A stretch of DNA of 64,000 bases from a virus, in the IMG/VR virus record IMGVR_UViG_3300044653_000098, positions 1 through 64,000 of that record. One strand, 5' to 3'. The position numbers were made by a program, and so were the translations under genes. Position 1 is the stretch's first letter; every line of letters starts with the position of its first letter. Below the pieces are notes generated by a model. It made no database searches. It was not told the DNA's origin and saw only the letters and a list, made by a program, of their open reading frames with translations. This document shows positions 1 through 9,303 of the stretch, piece after piece.

Positions 1-1
1 G

Positions 2-214
2 GTCACGCTCTTCGAGCGCACCAGCACCGGGCACCCGGAAGGCTGGAGCGACGGCGACGGGCAGATGGCTGTGCGGTTCGACGGCGCCGGGATGTTCGTG
101 GACCGCTACGACGGCCGGTGGGTGGTTCGCGGGCCGGACGAGTTCAACCTGGTCGACTGGAACATGATCGACATCAACGCCGAGATATTTCCCGCTGATC
201 CAGGCATCGGCTAG
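2..214 (+). CDS. 3' end of a gene running in from the left edge (probable head-to-tail adaptor, by position)
   Basis: Open frame from base 2 to TAG at 212-214 with high-GC codon usage; directly precedes the head-tail genes. Confidence 0.45.
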   Translation, partial: VTLFERTSTGHPEGWSDGDGQMAVRFDGAGMFVDRYDGRWVVRGPDEFNLVDWNMIDINAEIFPADPGIG

Positions 215-219
215 ATAGA

Positions 220-726
220 ATGAGCATCACGCCTCCCGAGCCGTACATCCCGTTCGCCCCCCTGCAGGGGTCCATGCGGGCTCTGTACCATTCGATGGTG
301 CAGGTCACGAGGCTGCAGGCCACCATCACCGCCGACGGCGCCGCGACCATGTCCTGGAGCCCGGTGGAGGTGGTGTTCGACATGTTCCTGAACACCGCCA
401 GCTACATGATGTGCCGCCTCGACCTGCAGTTCGTGCGCCGCGGTGTCGACCAGCCGCCAGCGCTCGTCGCCGGCAAGGCGCCGGACCGCGTCGGGGTGAT
501 CTACTACGACCCGGTCACCGACCCGCTGACCGGCGTGCCGCTGATCCTGGCCGGCGACCGGCTGGTGTGCGTCTCCGGCCCGGTGATGGGCACCTTCGAG
601 CTGCGGGTCGTGCCCGACGTCGCCCAGGATCTGATCGGTGCCCACCACGTCGAGACCCAGATCGTGGAGGTCAGCCAGGCGCTGCAGCCCGGCTCGATCC
701 AGCCGTTCCCCGGCAGTGGCCCGTGA
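220..726 (+). CDS. probable head-to-tail stopper / head closure protein
   Basis: 168 aa; pattern 'VQVTRLQ...CRLDL...AGDRLVCVSGP..GTFEL....D......HHVETQIVEV' resembles stopper proteins; synteny. Confidence 0.55.
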   Translation: MSITPPEPYIPFAPLQGSMRALYHSMVQVTRLQATITADGAATMSWSPVEVVFDMFLNTASYMMCRLDLQFVRRGVDQPPALVAGKAPDRVGVIYYDPVTDPLTGVPLILAGDRLVCVSGPVMGTFELRVVPDVAQDLIGAHHVETQIVEVSQALQPGSIQPFPGSGP

Positions 727-1100
727 GCTTCCGCCTGACGGTCGACGCCTCTCGCGCCCTTGCCGAGCTGGACCGCCTCGCCCGCGGGCCGGATCCCGGC
801 ACCTTCGAGGTTCCGCTGGCCGCCGCCACCGCGGCGGTCGCCTCGCGTGTGCACAAGCTCACCGGCAAGCTGGCCGGCAGCGGCCACCCCAGCAGCGAGC
901 TGAGCGAGGGCCGGTGGGAGGGCACGCTGGCCTACGCCCGCTACCCCGGCATCTTCGAGCTGGCCCGCGGCAACCGGCCGACCAAGAACCACCCCGAGGG
1001 CAAGCACTTCTTCTTCGACCCCGGTGGCGAGAACTACCTGCAGGGTGTCCGGCGCGCACTGGTGGCCTACGTCACCGACGGGGACGAGACCGACCTCTAA
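723..1100 (+). CDS. HK97 gp10-like neck/tail-completion protein
   Basis: GTG overlaps the previous stop (GTGA); 'VHKLTGKLAGS...YARYPGIFE..RG' resembles the gp10 V.TG.L..S...YA..E.G pattern. Confidence 0.55.
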   Translation: MSFRLTVDASRALAELDRLARGPDPGTFEVPLAAATAAVASRVHKLTGKLAGSGHPSSELSEGRWEGTLAYARYPGIFELARGNRPTKNHPEGKHFFFDPGGENYLQGVRRALVAYVTDGDETDL

Positions 1101-1108
1101 CCCGATTA
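1101..1108 (+). promoter_or_regulatory. putative late promoter -10 element (CCCGATTA), leaderless
   Basis: Identical 8-mer ends 7 nt before the start codon here and at 41104 and 44658; no SD in between. Confidence 0.6.
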
Positions 1109-1115
1109 ACTACGG

Positions 1116-2342
1116 GTGAGCGTCTATTACGCGGGTTTCGTAGCTCAGGGCGCCCCCACCTCTGGCACGTACTCCACAGGCGCCTTCACTACCGACGACC
1201 TGGGAAACGTCTGGGTGTGCACGAGCGGCGGGACGCCGGGTACGTGGTCGAATCAGGGTCCGGGAAACGTCGCCGCGCTGATAGCTGCCCTGGCCTTTGA
1301 GAACGTCGGCGGGGGTGCCTTCCCGACCGGGCTGGTCACGCTCACCGACGCGCCGACGATCGCGGTCAACGCCGCAGCCGGGTCGCTGTTCCGGGCCACG
1401 ATCAACGGGAACCGTACCCTCGGCACGCCATCCAGCCCGGTAGATGGCCAGCCGGTCACCTTTGAGATCATCCAGGGCACGGGAGGCGGCTTCACTCTCG
1501 GGTTCAGCGCCGCGTACGCCTTTCCCGCCTCGATTCCGCAGCCGTCCCTGTCGACCACGGCCGGGCAGCGTGACTTCCTGCAGTTCCGCTACGACGCGGG
1601 CGAGTCGCTGTGGCAGTGCACCGGGTGGGTGCCGGACCAGAACGCGGGCGTCGTGGCACTCCCGCAGGGCGGCACCGGGCAGACCACGCAGCAGAACGCG
1701 CTGAACGCCCTGGCCGGGGCGCAGACCTCCGGCGAGTTCCTGCGCGGCAACGGCACCAACGTGCAGATGGCGGCGATCCAGTCCAGCGACCTGCCCGCGC
1801 TGACCGCCGCGCCGACGTGGACTGACGCTGCCGGGCTGGCGCTGAACGCTGAGGGCGCCCAGGCATCGCCCACATCCCCGGTGTCCGTCACCAGTCAGAG
1901 CATCACCAGTGTGGCCGGGATGACCGTCCCTGCGGGTGATCCGGTGGCCGGCGCGATCTACCGGATTACCAGCTGGGGGTTCTTCACCCAGACTGGCAGC
2001 ACCAGCGCCATCACGATCGGGCTGACCTGGGGAGGCACAGGCGGCACGTCGCTGGTCGGCAGCATCACCATCACGGCGACCGCTTCCCTGACGGCGTTCT
2101 GGACGGCAGAGGTGCTGGTCACATTCACCAGCCCGAGCGCATGCAATGCGGTGCTGAAGTGGACGCACATCACCAGCGGCACGCCCGCGTTCACGGGATC
2201 CCCGCACGTCAGCGGCTCGACGTCGCCGGTCACGGTCACCGTCAGCTCCAGCCAGCTGCTGAGCATCAACGTGACCCTGGCAAACACGACCGACACCACC
2301 GCATTCGAGTGCCTCGGTGTCGTGGCCGAGCGGGTGTACTGA
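1116..2342 (+). CDS. virion fibre/decoration protein
   Basis: Thr/Gly/Ser-rich; shares the 'QGGTGQT...A.N.LAG..TSG..LRGNGTN....AIQ..DLP' shaft repeat with the fibre at 44673. Confidence 0.6.
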   Translation: MSVYYAGFVAQGAPTSGTYSTGAFTTDDLGNVWVCTSGGTPGTWSNQGPGNVAALIAALAFENVGGGAFPTGLVTLTDAPTIAVNAAAGSLFRATINGNRTLGTPSSPVDGQPVTFEIIQGTGGGFTLGFSAAYAFPASIPQPSLSTTAGQRDFLQFRYDAGESLWQCTGWVPDQNAGVVALPQGGTGQTTQQNALNALAGAQTSGEFLRGNGTNVQMAAIQSSDLPALTAAPTWTDAAGLALNAEGAQASPTSPVSVTSQSITSVAGMTVPAGDPVAGAIYRITSWGFFTQTGSTSAITIGLTWGGTGGTSLVGSITITATASLTAFWTAEVLVTFTSPSACNAVLKWTHITSGTPAFTGSPHVSGSTSPVTVTVSSSQLLSINVTLANTTDTTAFECLGVVAERVY

Positions 2343-2677
2343 TGGACGTCGTGGCCGCGCTGCTCGCTCAGGCACAGGCTCTCAGCGCTGACCAGGCGCA
2401 GGCTCTTGGCAAGGCGTGGGACGCCGCTGGCGATGAGGTGCTGCGCGGCGCCGAGAGCGCCTGCAAGGCCGCGGGCCGGGACTGGGACGGCCTCATGCGC
2501 CAGGCGAAGCACACCTTCCTGCGGGCCAACTGGCCGCGCACGGGGTACAACACGCAGCGCGCTATCGCTGACGTCGTCCTGGCTGTCTTCTCCCGCGATC
2601 TGGTCAGCGAGGATGGCTTCGCTTTGCTGACCGCCCCGTGGCGCTCGGTGGTGGGCGAGGTGCCCGGTGGCAGCTGA
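2342..2677 (+). CDS. hypothetical protein
   Basis: ATG overlaps the previous stop (TGATG); coupled to the next gene. Confidence 0.6.
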   Translation: MDVVAALLAQAQALSADQAQALGKAWDAAGDEVLRGAESACKAAGRDWDGLMRQAKHTFLRANWPRTGYNTQRAIADVVLAVFSRDLVSEDGFALLTAPWRSVVGEVPGGS

Positions 2678-4652
2678 AGTTCAGCCGGTCCTGTGCTGCT
2701 GCTTCGAGGCCGAGCCTCCCGGCACCTCGCTGGCCGCAGGTGGCGGGTTCTATGAGAGCCTCGGAACCTCCGATGGCGCACAGTTCGACGTGGTGTCCGC
2801 CGCGGGCGGCGCCATCACCTACGACAGCACCTACGCCTACACGGGCACCCAGTCCTGCAAGATCGTCACCACGTCGAATGCGTCCACGTACTTCTCGTGG
2901 AACGCCAGCGGGCTGCTGATCACCCCTGCTGTCCAGACCTGGTTCCGGATCTTCGTCTTCCAGACGGCGTGGCCGTCAGCGACGCGCCCGCTGTTCGGGT
3001 TCTACACCAGCGGCACCCGCAACGCTGACGTGATCCTGCACACCAACGGCACCCTCTCGGTCCGGGACACCAACGGCAGCACGATCGTCACCACCACGAA
3101 CACGGTGCCCAACGGCTCCTGGTACCGGCTGGAGGGGTACTGCACCTCCAATGCCTCCACCGGTCAGGTCGAGCTGAAGCTGTTTGATAGCCCGTCCAGT
3201 GCCACGCCGACCGAGACCCAGACCTCGGCCGCGACGCAGAACACCCTCGGCGGGGCCATCGGTGAGACCCGGTTCGGGATCGCCAATGCCGCGGGCTCCG
3301 GCCACACATTCTGGATAGATGACCCGGCGTGCTCCACCTCCGGCTACATCGGCCCGGTACCCGCGCAGGTGTTCCACATGGTTTGCGGCGCACCTACCGA
3401 TGCCAGTTTCAGTGTCATTGCCAAGCCGGTCGGCGGCACCAGCCTGCGGCTGAAGGTCGCCACCAACGAAGCCCTGACCAGCGGTGTGTTCTACGAGCCC
3501 GCGCAGACGCCGGACCAGTACGGTTACGTCTCCTACCAGGTAAGCGGCCTGTCCCCGTCGGCCACCTACTACTGCCAGCTGGCCGACACCCCGCCCGGCG
3601 GCACCGAAGTGCTGTCCGGGCCGGCGGGGCAGTGCATGACCCTGCCGGTGCCCGGCGCGATCACCTCCTGCACCGTGGCGTTCGCGTCGTGCATCGACAC
3701 GGGAGACACCGGGGGCAGCCCTACCGCGGCGATCAGCGACTGGATCAGCTGGGATGCGGACCTGAACGTCTTCCTGGGTGACTACGGGTATTTCGATACC
3801 ACTGACACCACCGTCAGCGGATGGCTCGGCTATATCGAGTACCAGTCGATGTACTACTCCCTGCTCGCCCTGACCAGCACTGCGTGGGGTTTCTACGTCC
3901 GCTCCGACCACGACTCCACCACGGCCGGCGGCGACTCGGACAACACCTGGACCGCGGCCAACCTGCTGGCGTGCCAGGAAGCGTTCCCGCAGGCTCCGCT
4001 GGCCGACCCGAACTCACCCGTGCACGGCCTGTACCAGAGCTTTGTCATGGGACGGGTCCGGTTCATCCTGCTGGACCAGCGCAACACTGACCGCTCCCCG
4101 GTGGCGAACACTGACAACAGCAGCAAGACGATGCTGGGCGCGAATCAGCTTGCGTGGCTGGAGCAGCAGCTGCTCCTGCCGGAGCCCCTGAAGATTATCT
4201 GCACGGACACGTCGTGGATCGGGAACACCTCGCAGTCTTCGTGCGGGCCGGGGTGGGGCTACTACTCCACCGAGCGCCAGAGCATTATCTCGTTCATCCA
4301 GGCGAACCAGTCCAGGGTCAAGAACGTGCTGCTGTGGCATGGCGATGCTCACGGTGTGGCAGCCTGCCCGGGATGGGGCAACGCGGACGGCGGTTTCAGC
4401 GTCTACTGCGCGGCGCCCCTTCGCCAGACCTCGGGCAGCGATGCGGTCGCTGCCCTGCAGGCTTTCCCCGCCTGGTACAACAACAACTCGGGGACCTGCC
4501 GCTTCTACGGCCGGGTCACTATCACCGACAGCGGGCAGACGATCTCTGTCAGTTTCCAGGGCTGGGACGCCGTCAGCCAGGTCACCCAGATCACCCAGAC
4601 CGATGTGTTCAACGTGGCCTGCGGATTCCGGCCGCTGGCTGGAATCCTGTGA
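2667..4652 (+). CDS. beta-sandwich (LamG-like) + FN3-like + PhoD-like alkaline phosphatase/phosphodiesterase domain protein
   Basis: PhoD-family motifs in order: 'VAFASC', 'FLGDYGYFD', 'SDHD', 'FILLDQR', 'KTMLGANQLAWL', 'WGYYSTERQ', 'LWHGDAH'. Confidence 0.75.
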   Translation: MAAEVQPVLCCCFEAEPPGTSLAAGGGFYESLGTSDGAQFDVVSAAGGAITYDSTYAYTGTQSCKIVTTSNASTYFSWNASGLLITPAVQTWFRIFVFQTAWPSATRPLFGFYTSGTRNADVILHTNGTLSVRDTNGSTIVTTTNTVPNGSWYRLEGYCTSNASTGQVELKLFDSPSSATPTETQTSAATQNTLGGAIGETRFGIANAAGSGHTFWIDDPACSTSGYIGPVPAQVFHMVCGAPTDASFSVIAKPVGGTSLRLKVATNEALTSGVFYEPAQTPDQYGYVSYQVSGLSPSATYYCQLADTPPGGTEVLSGPAGQCMTLPVPGAITSCTVAFASCIDTGDTGGSPTAAISDWISWDADLNVFLGDYGYFDTTDTTVSGWLGYIEYQSMYYSLLALTSTAWGFYVRSDHDSTTAGGDSDNTWTAANLLACQEAFPQAPLADPNSPVHGLYQSFVMGRVRFILLDQRNTDRSPVANTDNSSKTMLGANQLAWLEQQLLLPEPLKIICTDTSWIGNTSQSSCGPGWGYYSTERQSIISFIQANQSRVKNVLLWHGDAHGVAACPGWGNADGGFSVYCAAPLRQTSGSDAVAALQAFPAWYNNNSGTCRFYGRVTITDSGQTISVSFQGWDAVSQVTQITQTDVFNVACGFRPLAGIL

Positions 4653-4658
4653 GCTGCC

Positions 4659-5174
4659 ATGGATAACGTCGCCAGCGGCGCGGTGCAGTACCTCGCCGGG
4701 ATCACCGCGGTGACTAGCCTGCTCGGCTCGTTCGCCAGCAGCGACACGCCCAACGCCAGCCTGCCCTACATCTTCCAGGAGAACCAGCTCGTCGTGCTCC
4801 AGGGCACCTCTGCGGCCGGGCTGGTGTGCTCGGTGTCCGGGCAGTGGAACAATGCCATTCCCTACGGCACACAGCGGTTCAGCCGCCTGAGCGTGGAGTT
4901 CTACGTCGACCCGCAGCGCGACTCAGACCTGAACGTGACCGAGACTCCAGGACTGACGATCAAGCGGGGCGAGCAGCTGTTCGCCGTGGTGAACAGCTAC
5001 CTGCACCGCCGCAACCCCGATACCCAGGTCTGGGGTGATCTGGTCACGGCCAGCTGCGTGCTCCTGGCGGAGGGCGAGTTCGTCAAGATGCCGACCGGGG
5101 ACGGCGACTGGCTGCAGTACAAGCAGAGCCTTTACGGAGTCGGGTTCACCGGCTGGACCGACGTCGCAATCTAG
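4659..5174 (+). CDS. probable tail terminator protein
   Basis: 171 aa; 'YLAGITAVTSLLG...RLSVEFYVDP' resembles actinophage tail terminators; synteny. Confidence 0.55.
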   Translation: MDNVASGAVQYLAGITAVTSLLGSFASSDTPNASLPYIFQENQLVVLQGTSAAGLVCSVSGQWNNAIPYGTQRFSRLSVEFYVDPQRDSDLNVTETPGLTIKRGEQLFAVVNSYLHRRNPDTQVWGDLVTASCVLLAEGEFVKMPTGDGDWLQYKQSLYGVGFTGWTDVAI

Positions 5175-5183
5175 GAGAGCCCC

Positions 5184-5657
5184 ATGCCCCTGTTCACCCC
5201 CCGCCGCCGCAAGCTGGGTCCTGTCAAGGAAATGATGAACTCAACTGTCCTGTGGCAGCTGGGTGTGTCAGGCACCACGATCAGCGCCAACGGGAACTCC
5301 GGCGAGATCAACGTCGCCTCGTGGGAGAACTTCATCCTGATGGCCACGGTGGGCGTCCCGACCGGGTCGAGCCCGACTCTGCAGGTGCATGTGGACGGAT
5401 ACGATGCCAACGGCAACGTCTACTCCGACCTGTGCAGCGCCTCGCAGCCGGTGCTGGGCTTCAGCGGGGGCGGGGGGCAGAGCCTGCAGTCGACCCTGGG
5501 GCTCAGCGCCCAGTTCGTCGTCTCGTCTTCCGCGGGCACCCCGGGCGCTTTCAACCAGCTGTTCTGCGCCCCGGAGTACATCGCGGTGCGGTGGGTCATC
5601 GGCGGCACCGGCAGCCCAACGTTCCCCGGCACCTACATGAGCTTGTTCGGCCGCTGA
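5184..5657 (+). CDS. probable virion structural protein (beta-sandwich)
   Basis: SD AGGAG; Gly/Ser/Thr-rich, beta-strand pattern ending 'YIAVRWVIGGTGSPTF'. Confidence 0.45.
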   Translation: MPLFTPRRRKLGPVKEMMNSTVLWQLGVSGTTISANGNSGEINVASWENFILMATVGVPTGSSPTLQVHVDGYDANGNVYSDLCSASQPVLGFSGGGGQSLQSTLGLSAQFVVSSSAGTPGAFNQLFCAPEYIAVRWVIGGTGSPTFPGTYMSLFGR

Positions 5658-5723
5658 CCGATGGTGTGCACCTGCCGGGTTTCCTGAGCGTCTTTTCCTT
5701 ATCCACCAGAGAGGGCGGGGAGC

Positions 5724-6992
5724 ATGTCGGACTTCAAGGTGCTGGTCAAGTCCCCCTTCTCCCCGCTCACCGGCTACGGCCAGGACGGCTTCGGCCTGAT
5801 CCGGGCGCTGGATCACTGGGGCTGCGATGTCTACCCCCAGCCGACGTGGGTCGACGTCCCGCTCCCCAAGGATCTGCTGCACCTGTTCAACAAGCACCTG
5901 GAGCCCCCGTTCGACCTCACGATCAACCACTGGTCGCCTGGCGAGCTGGGGATCCGGCCGGAGGCGCGCGAGCTGACCCGGTGCGCTATCGCCTGGACCA
6001 TGTGGGAGTTCGAGAACTGCCCGCTGCCCGGCCCGGTGGCCATGACCGACAAGAGGACGGGCAAGCCCTGCACGACCACCCCTAAGAGCGGGCTGGTGCC
6101 GCTGTGCGCGAACCGCGGCTCGCTGCGCAAGCGGCTGGAGCTGTTCGACCTCGTGCTCGGCTACACCGAGACCACGCTGCATGCGCTCGGCCGCTACATC
6201 CCCAGGACCCGCGGCAAGGAGAAGGTGCCGGTGCCGACCGCGATCCTGCAGGGCGGGTTCGAGGCAGGGGAGTGGAAGTACCACCACGAGCGCGACTGGT
6301 TCGCAGATGAGTTCACCTACATCATGCACGGCGCGCTGAACCGGCGGAAGTGCGCCTGGACGGCGATCCAGGCGTTCAACGACCTCAAGCACGAGCATCC
6401 TGAGTTCGCCCCGGCCCGCCTGGCTCTTCATTCGATGACTCCGGGACTGTTCCCTGAGCTAAACGAAGTGTTCAAGGACAAGAATTTCCACGTCTACATC
6501 GAAGCCTGGGACCACGAGACGGTGCAGGCGTTCTACAACGCCGCGCACGTGCTGCTGGCCCCGAGCCGCGGGGAGGGCAAGAACCTGCCCGCCCTGGAGT
6601 TCTCCACGACCGGCGGCGTGGTGGCGGCGACGGCCTTCGGCGGCCACCTGAACTGGATGGGCGACGCTTACGCCTACCCGCTGAGCTACGCACTCACCCC
6701 GAGCTTCGGGGACCGGCCGGACGCAGCTTACGATGCCAAGGTGCCCGTGGAGGAGCTGAAGCGGGTCATGTGGCACACCTTCACCCACCGGGACGAGGCC
6801 AGGCAGAAGGGCGAGCTGGCGTCCAGGGTGATCCCGTCCATGTGCGACTGGTCCGTGGTGGTGGAGAACCTGTTCCGCACGATCCGTGACAACGTCCCGT
6901 TCAACGGCACGCTGATCTACGACATGGCCATGCGGTGCCGGGTCGACCCGCTGGAGCGCGTTTCACGTGGAACGCAGGACCCGCGGGCATGA
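5724..6992 (+). CDS. glycosyltransferase, GT-B fold (GT4-like)
   Basis: N-terminal 'TGYG'; 'RRK'; 'FYNAAHVLLAPSRGEGKNLPALEF' carries the E-x7-E motif. Confidence 0.85.
   Translation: MSDFKVLVKSPFSPLTGYGQDGFGLIRALDHWGCDVYPQPTWVDVPLPKDLLHLFNKHLEPPFDLTINHWSPGELGIRPEARELTRCAIAWTMWEFENCPLPGPVAMTDKRTGKPCTTTPKSGLVPLCANRGSLRKRLELFDLVLGYTETTLHALGRYIPRTRGKEKVPVPTAILQGGFEAGEWKYHHERDWFADEFTYIMHGALNRRKCAWTAIQAFNDLKHEHPEFAPARLALHSMTPGLFPELNEVFKDKNFHVYIEAWDHETVQAFYNAAHVLLAPSRGEGKNLPALEFSTTGGVVAATAFGGHLNWMGDAYAYPLSYALTPSFGDRPDAAYDAKVPVEELKRVMWHTFTHRDEARQKGELASRVIPSMCDWSVVVENLFRTIRDNVPFNGTLIYDMAMRCRVDPLERVSRGTQDPRA
6959..6974. promoter_or_regulatory. parS-consensus site CGTTTCACGTGGAACG
   Basis: Central 14-mer GTTTCACGTGGAAC equals GTTCCACGTGAAAC on the other strand, matching the bacterial parS core. 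Confidence 0.6.
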
Positions 6993-7246
6993 CCGTCATG
7001 GCGATTGACCAGAGTGTGGCCGTCCCGGAGGAAGTCGAGCTGCGCTGCCCGGAGACCGCGGGCAAGCTGCTGGCCAAGATCCGGCGCCAGGGCGAGCAGC
7101 CGAGTTATGTGCACCCGGACAACCTGATCGAGCTGAGCTGCGACTCGTGCAAGCTCTCCCGGCGCCGGGCCGGGCTGCCGGTGGTCCGGGTGCTGCACCG
7201 CTATGACATCCTCGGAACTCTCGTGGCGACTCTGGTAGTCGAGTAA
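6989..7246 (+). CDS. small zinc-ribbon protein (Mu Com-like pattern)
   Basis: 'ELRCP...GKLLAK...IELSCDSCK'; ATGA overlap with the previous gene. Confidence 0.5.
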   Translation: MTVMAIDQSVAVPEEVELRCPETAGKLLAKIRRQGEQPSYVHPDNLIELSCDSCKLSRRRAGLPVVRVLHRYDILGTLVATLVVE

Positions 7247-7321
7247 CCATTCGATGGCATAGCCTCCTGCCTGGGCGTACTAGATGGCCTGTGCATCTGT
7301 CGCCCAGCGGAAGGACTGTCT

Positions 7322-7741
7322 ATGGCATTGCAGGTTGTCGACGTAGATCCGGACCAGCTCGCGGAGGAATGGCTGTTTTTCGTGGACGCCTCGATCGTGG
7401 GCTGCCGCGGGCAGGGTCACGCCTTTCCTAAGATCAAGAGTGCGAAGCTGAATCCCCGGCAGAGCTGGCTGGAGCGTAACCAGCGCACCGGCCGGATGCA
7501 GCTGGTCCAGCTGTGCCGGGACGGCTGCGGCTCTGAGCGGTACGTCACCACCAACGACACCGGAACCGACATCGACCTTCCGGCCACCTTCCGGTACCGG
7601 CGCCGCAAGAAGAACTACAGCCCGCCCAGGGGAGCGCGCCGCGTCTCCCGGCGTGAGTGCTTCGCCGAGACGATGAGGCGTCGCAGGCTGGACATGCTTC
7701 CCGGCTCGGTGGTGCCGGAGGTCAAGCTCAGCACCGTCTGA
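7322..7741 (+). CDS. hypothetical basic protein with Cys/His residues
   Basis: SD GAAGGA; 139 aa. Confidence 0.6.
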   Translation: MALQVVDVDPDQLAEEWLFFVDASIVGCRGQGHAFPKIKSAKLNPRQSWLERNQRTGRMQLVQLCRDGCGSERYVTTNDTGTDIDLPATFRYRRRKKNYSPPRGARRVSRRECFAETMRRRRLDMLPGSVVPEVKLSTV

Positions 7742-7767
7742 ACACCTAGAAGAAAGCGAGTAATTAG

Positions 7768-8145
7768 ATGTCAGAGAAAGGCCCCGCCGAGCTGCGTATC
7801 CGGTTCCCGGACCAGGAGAAGCTGCTCAACTTCATCCGGCTGCTGCGCGAGGAGCACCCGACCCAGGTCCAGCCGTTCGGCGCCGACGTCAACGCGGTGG
7901 TTTACGACGCTGCGGAGGATGAATCGCCGGTCGACTGGGTCAACCAGGTGATCCTGGTGCCGGGGCACCGGCAGGAGCTGGAGAGTCAGTTCCTGCTGCC
8001 AAAGCCGGGCGAGGAGGAGCCTCCTGCGCCCCGCCCGCGCCTGCGCGGGGTGCCGGACCAGCCGTTCGCCACGCACGGCGGCCCTGGCGGCATGCGCCCC
8101 GACGACGGCCGCACGCGCGGGCTGAACGAGCCAGCGCCGTATTAA
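7768..8145 (+). CDS. hypothetical protein
   Basis: 125-aa ORF with phage-like codon usage. Confidence 0.6.
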   Translation: MSEKGPAELRIRFPDQEKLLNFIRLLREEHPTQVQPFGADVNAVVYDAAEDESPVDWVNQVILVPGHRQELESQFLLPKPGEEEPPAPRPRLRGVPDQPFATHGGPGGMRPDDGRTRGLNEPAPY

Positions 8146-8183
8146 CAAACGATGACATATCCTCACCCTGGAGGCGAGAGCTT

Positions 8184-8996
8184 ATGGTGATGACCAAGCA
8201 GGTGAGCGGCATCCGCCGCTCCCGCCACAAGACGGACGAGGTCGACGGCAAGCCGGTGACGGTCGAGTACCTGATCGAGGCCGAGCCGCCGCTGGTCCCG
8301 GAGAAGGTGGCTCTGGGCCACACTGTGCGCGTGGGCCAGGGCTCGGTCGACCGCTGGAAGGCCCGCCCGGTCAAGGGCAAGGCCGGGGAGCCGAGGGACA
8401 ACCACACCCTGGCCGTGCACGAGCTGATCGAGGCTTACCGCGTGGCTGGCGGGGAGATTGCCGCGGTGGACGCCCCGGCGGAGAAGCCGGCCAAGGCCCC
8501 CAAGCCCGCCAAGCCGGCCACAGAGACCAAGGCCAGGGGCCGCCGGGCTAAGCCCGCCAAGGACAAGCCGGAGGAACCGGCCCCCGAGGCGAAGCCTGAG
8601 CCTAAGTCCAAGAGCCGCCGCCGGGCCAAGCCCGTTACGGTGGCCACGGACCCTACCCCCGGCGAGCCGACGGAAGCGACGGCTTCTGGAGAGGCCGCCC
8701 CCTCAGCAGGCACCGCTGAGCCGCAGCTGCCGCAGACCGAGATGATCCCGGTCGGGGCCGAGCACGCTGCGGCGCTCGATGTGAACAGCCCTGGGGTGGC
8801 AGCGGATCCCCAGTTCGCTGACGAGGCTGCGCTGGAGGATGCCGTCCTGGCCGACCCGGAAGCGGCCGCTGCCGTGGGCGATCCCGAGGGCTGGGGTGAC
8901 GGTTATCCCGAAGGCAAGCACCGCGCTCCTGCGGCCGCCAACCCGTTCGAGCCCGACCCGGACAGCCCGTTCTCCAACACGGGATTCGTCCGCTGA
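8184..8996 (+). CDS. Pro/Ala/Lys-rich then acidic low-complexity protein
   Basis: SD GGAGG; KPAKAPKPAK repeats; followed by a terminator. Confidence 0.65.
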   Translation: MVMTKQVSGIRRSRHKTDEVDGKPVTVEYLIEAEPPLVPEKVALGHTVRVGQGSVDRWKARPVKGKAGEPRDNHTLAVHELIEAYRVAGGEIAAVDAPAEKPAKAPKPAKPATETKARGRRAKPAKDKPEEPAPEAKPEPKSKSRRRAKPVTVATDPTPGEPTEATASGEAAPSAGTAEPQLPQTEMIPVGAEHAAALDVNSPGVAADPQFADEAALEDAVLADPEAAAAVGDPEGWGDGYPEGKHRAPAAANPFEPDPDSPFSNTGFVR

Positions 8997-9015
8997 CCTG
9001 AGCCTCAACCCAGAC

Positions 9016-9050
9016 AAGCCCGGCTCCCGCTCTCCTGGGGCCGGGCTTTC
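9016..9050 (+). terminator. intrinsic terminator-like hairpin
   Basis: AAGCCCGGCTCC / GGGGCCGGGCTT inverted repeat followed by T's. Confidence 0.7.
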
Positions 9051-9060
9051 TGCTGCTTCG

Positions 9061-9092
9061 GGTTGACACGTGTCTACCAACTCCGTTACCGT
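9061..9092 (+). promoter_or_regulatory. 18-bp dyad / sigma70-type promoter, copy 1
   Basis: GGTTGACACGTGTCTACC; TTGACA-18-TACCGT. Confidence 0.8.
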
Positions 9093-9132
9093 GGAGACGT
9101 TCATCAAATAAAGGAATCAGGAGGAACGCCAT

Positions 9133-9303
9133 ATGGGCTGTAAGCAGACCGGGGACCATGTATCGGGTGTCCCGGTGGGTGTTCGGGAATCGCCGGAAGA
9201 GCCGCGCTTCGCGATCTGCCTGGGGTGCGGGGGGATCTTGATTGCTTACCCCGGAACCGGGCAGGCCGGAGTGCTGGCGGGAGCAGGAGCCAGCCATGCC
9301 TAA
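9133..9303 (+). CDS. small CxxC hypothetical protein (56 aa, not in ORF track)
   Basis: SD AGGAGG; first ORF after the promoter; stop overlaps the next start. Confidence 0.5.
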   Translation: MGCKQTGDHVSGVPVGVRESPEEPRFAICLGCGGILIAYPGTGQAGVLAGAGASHA

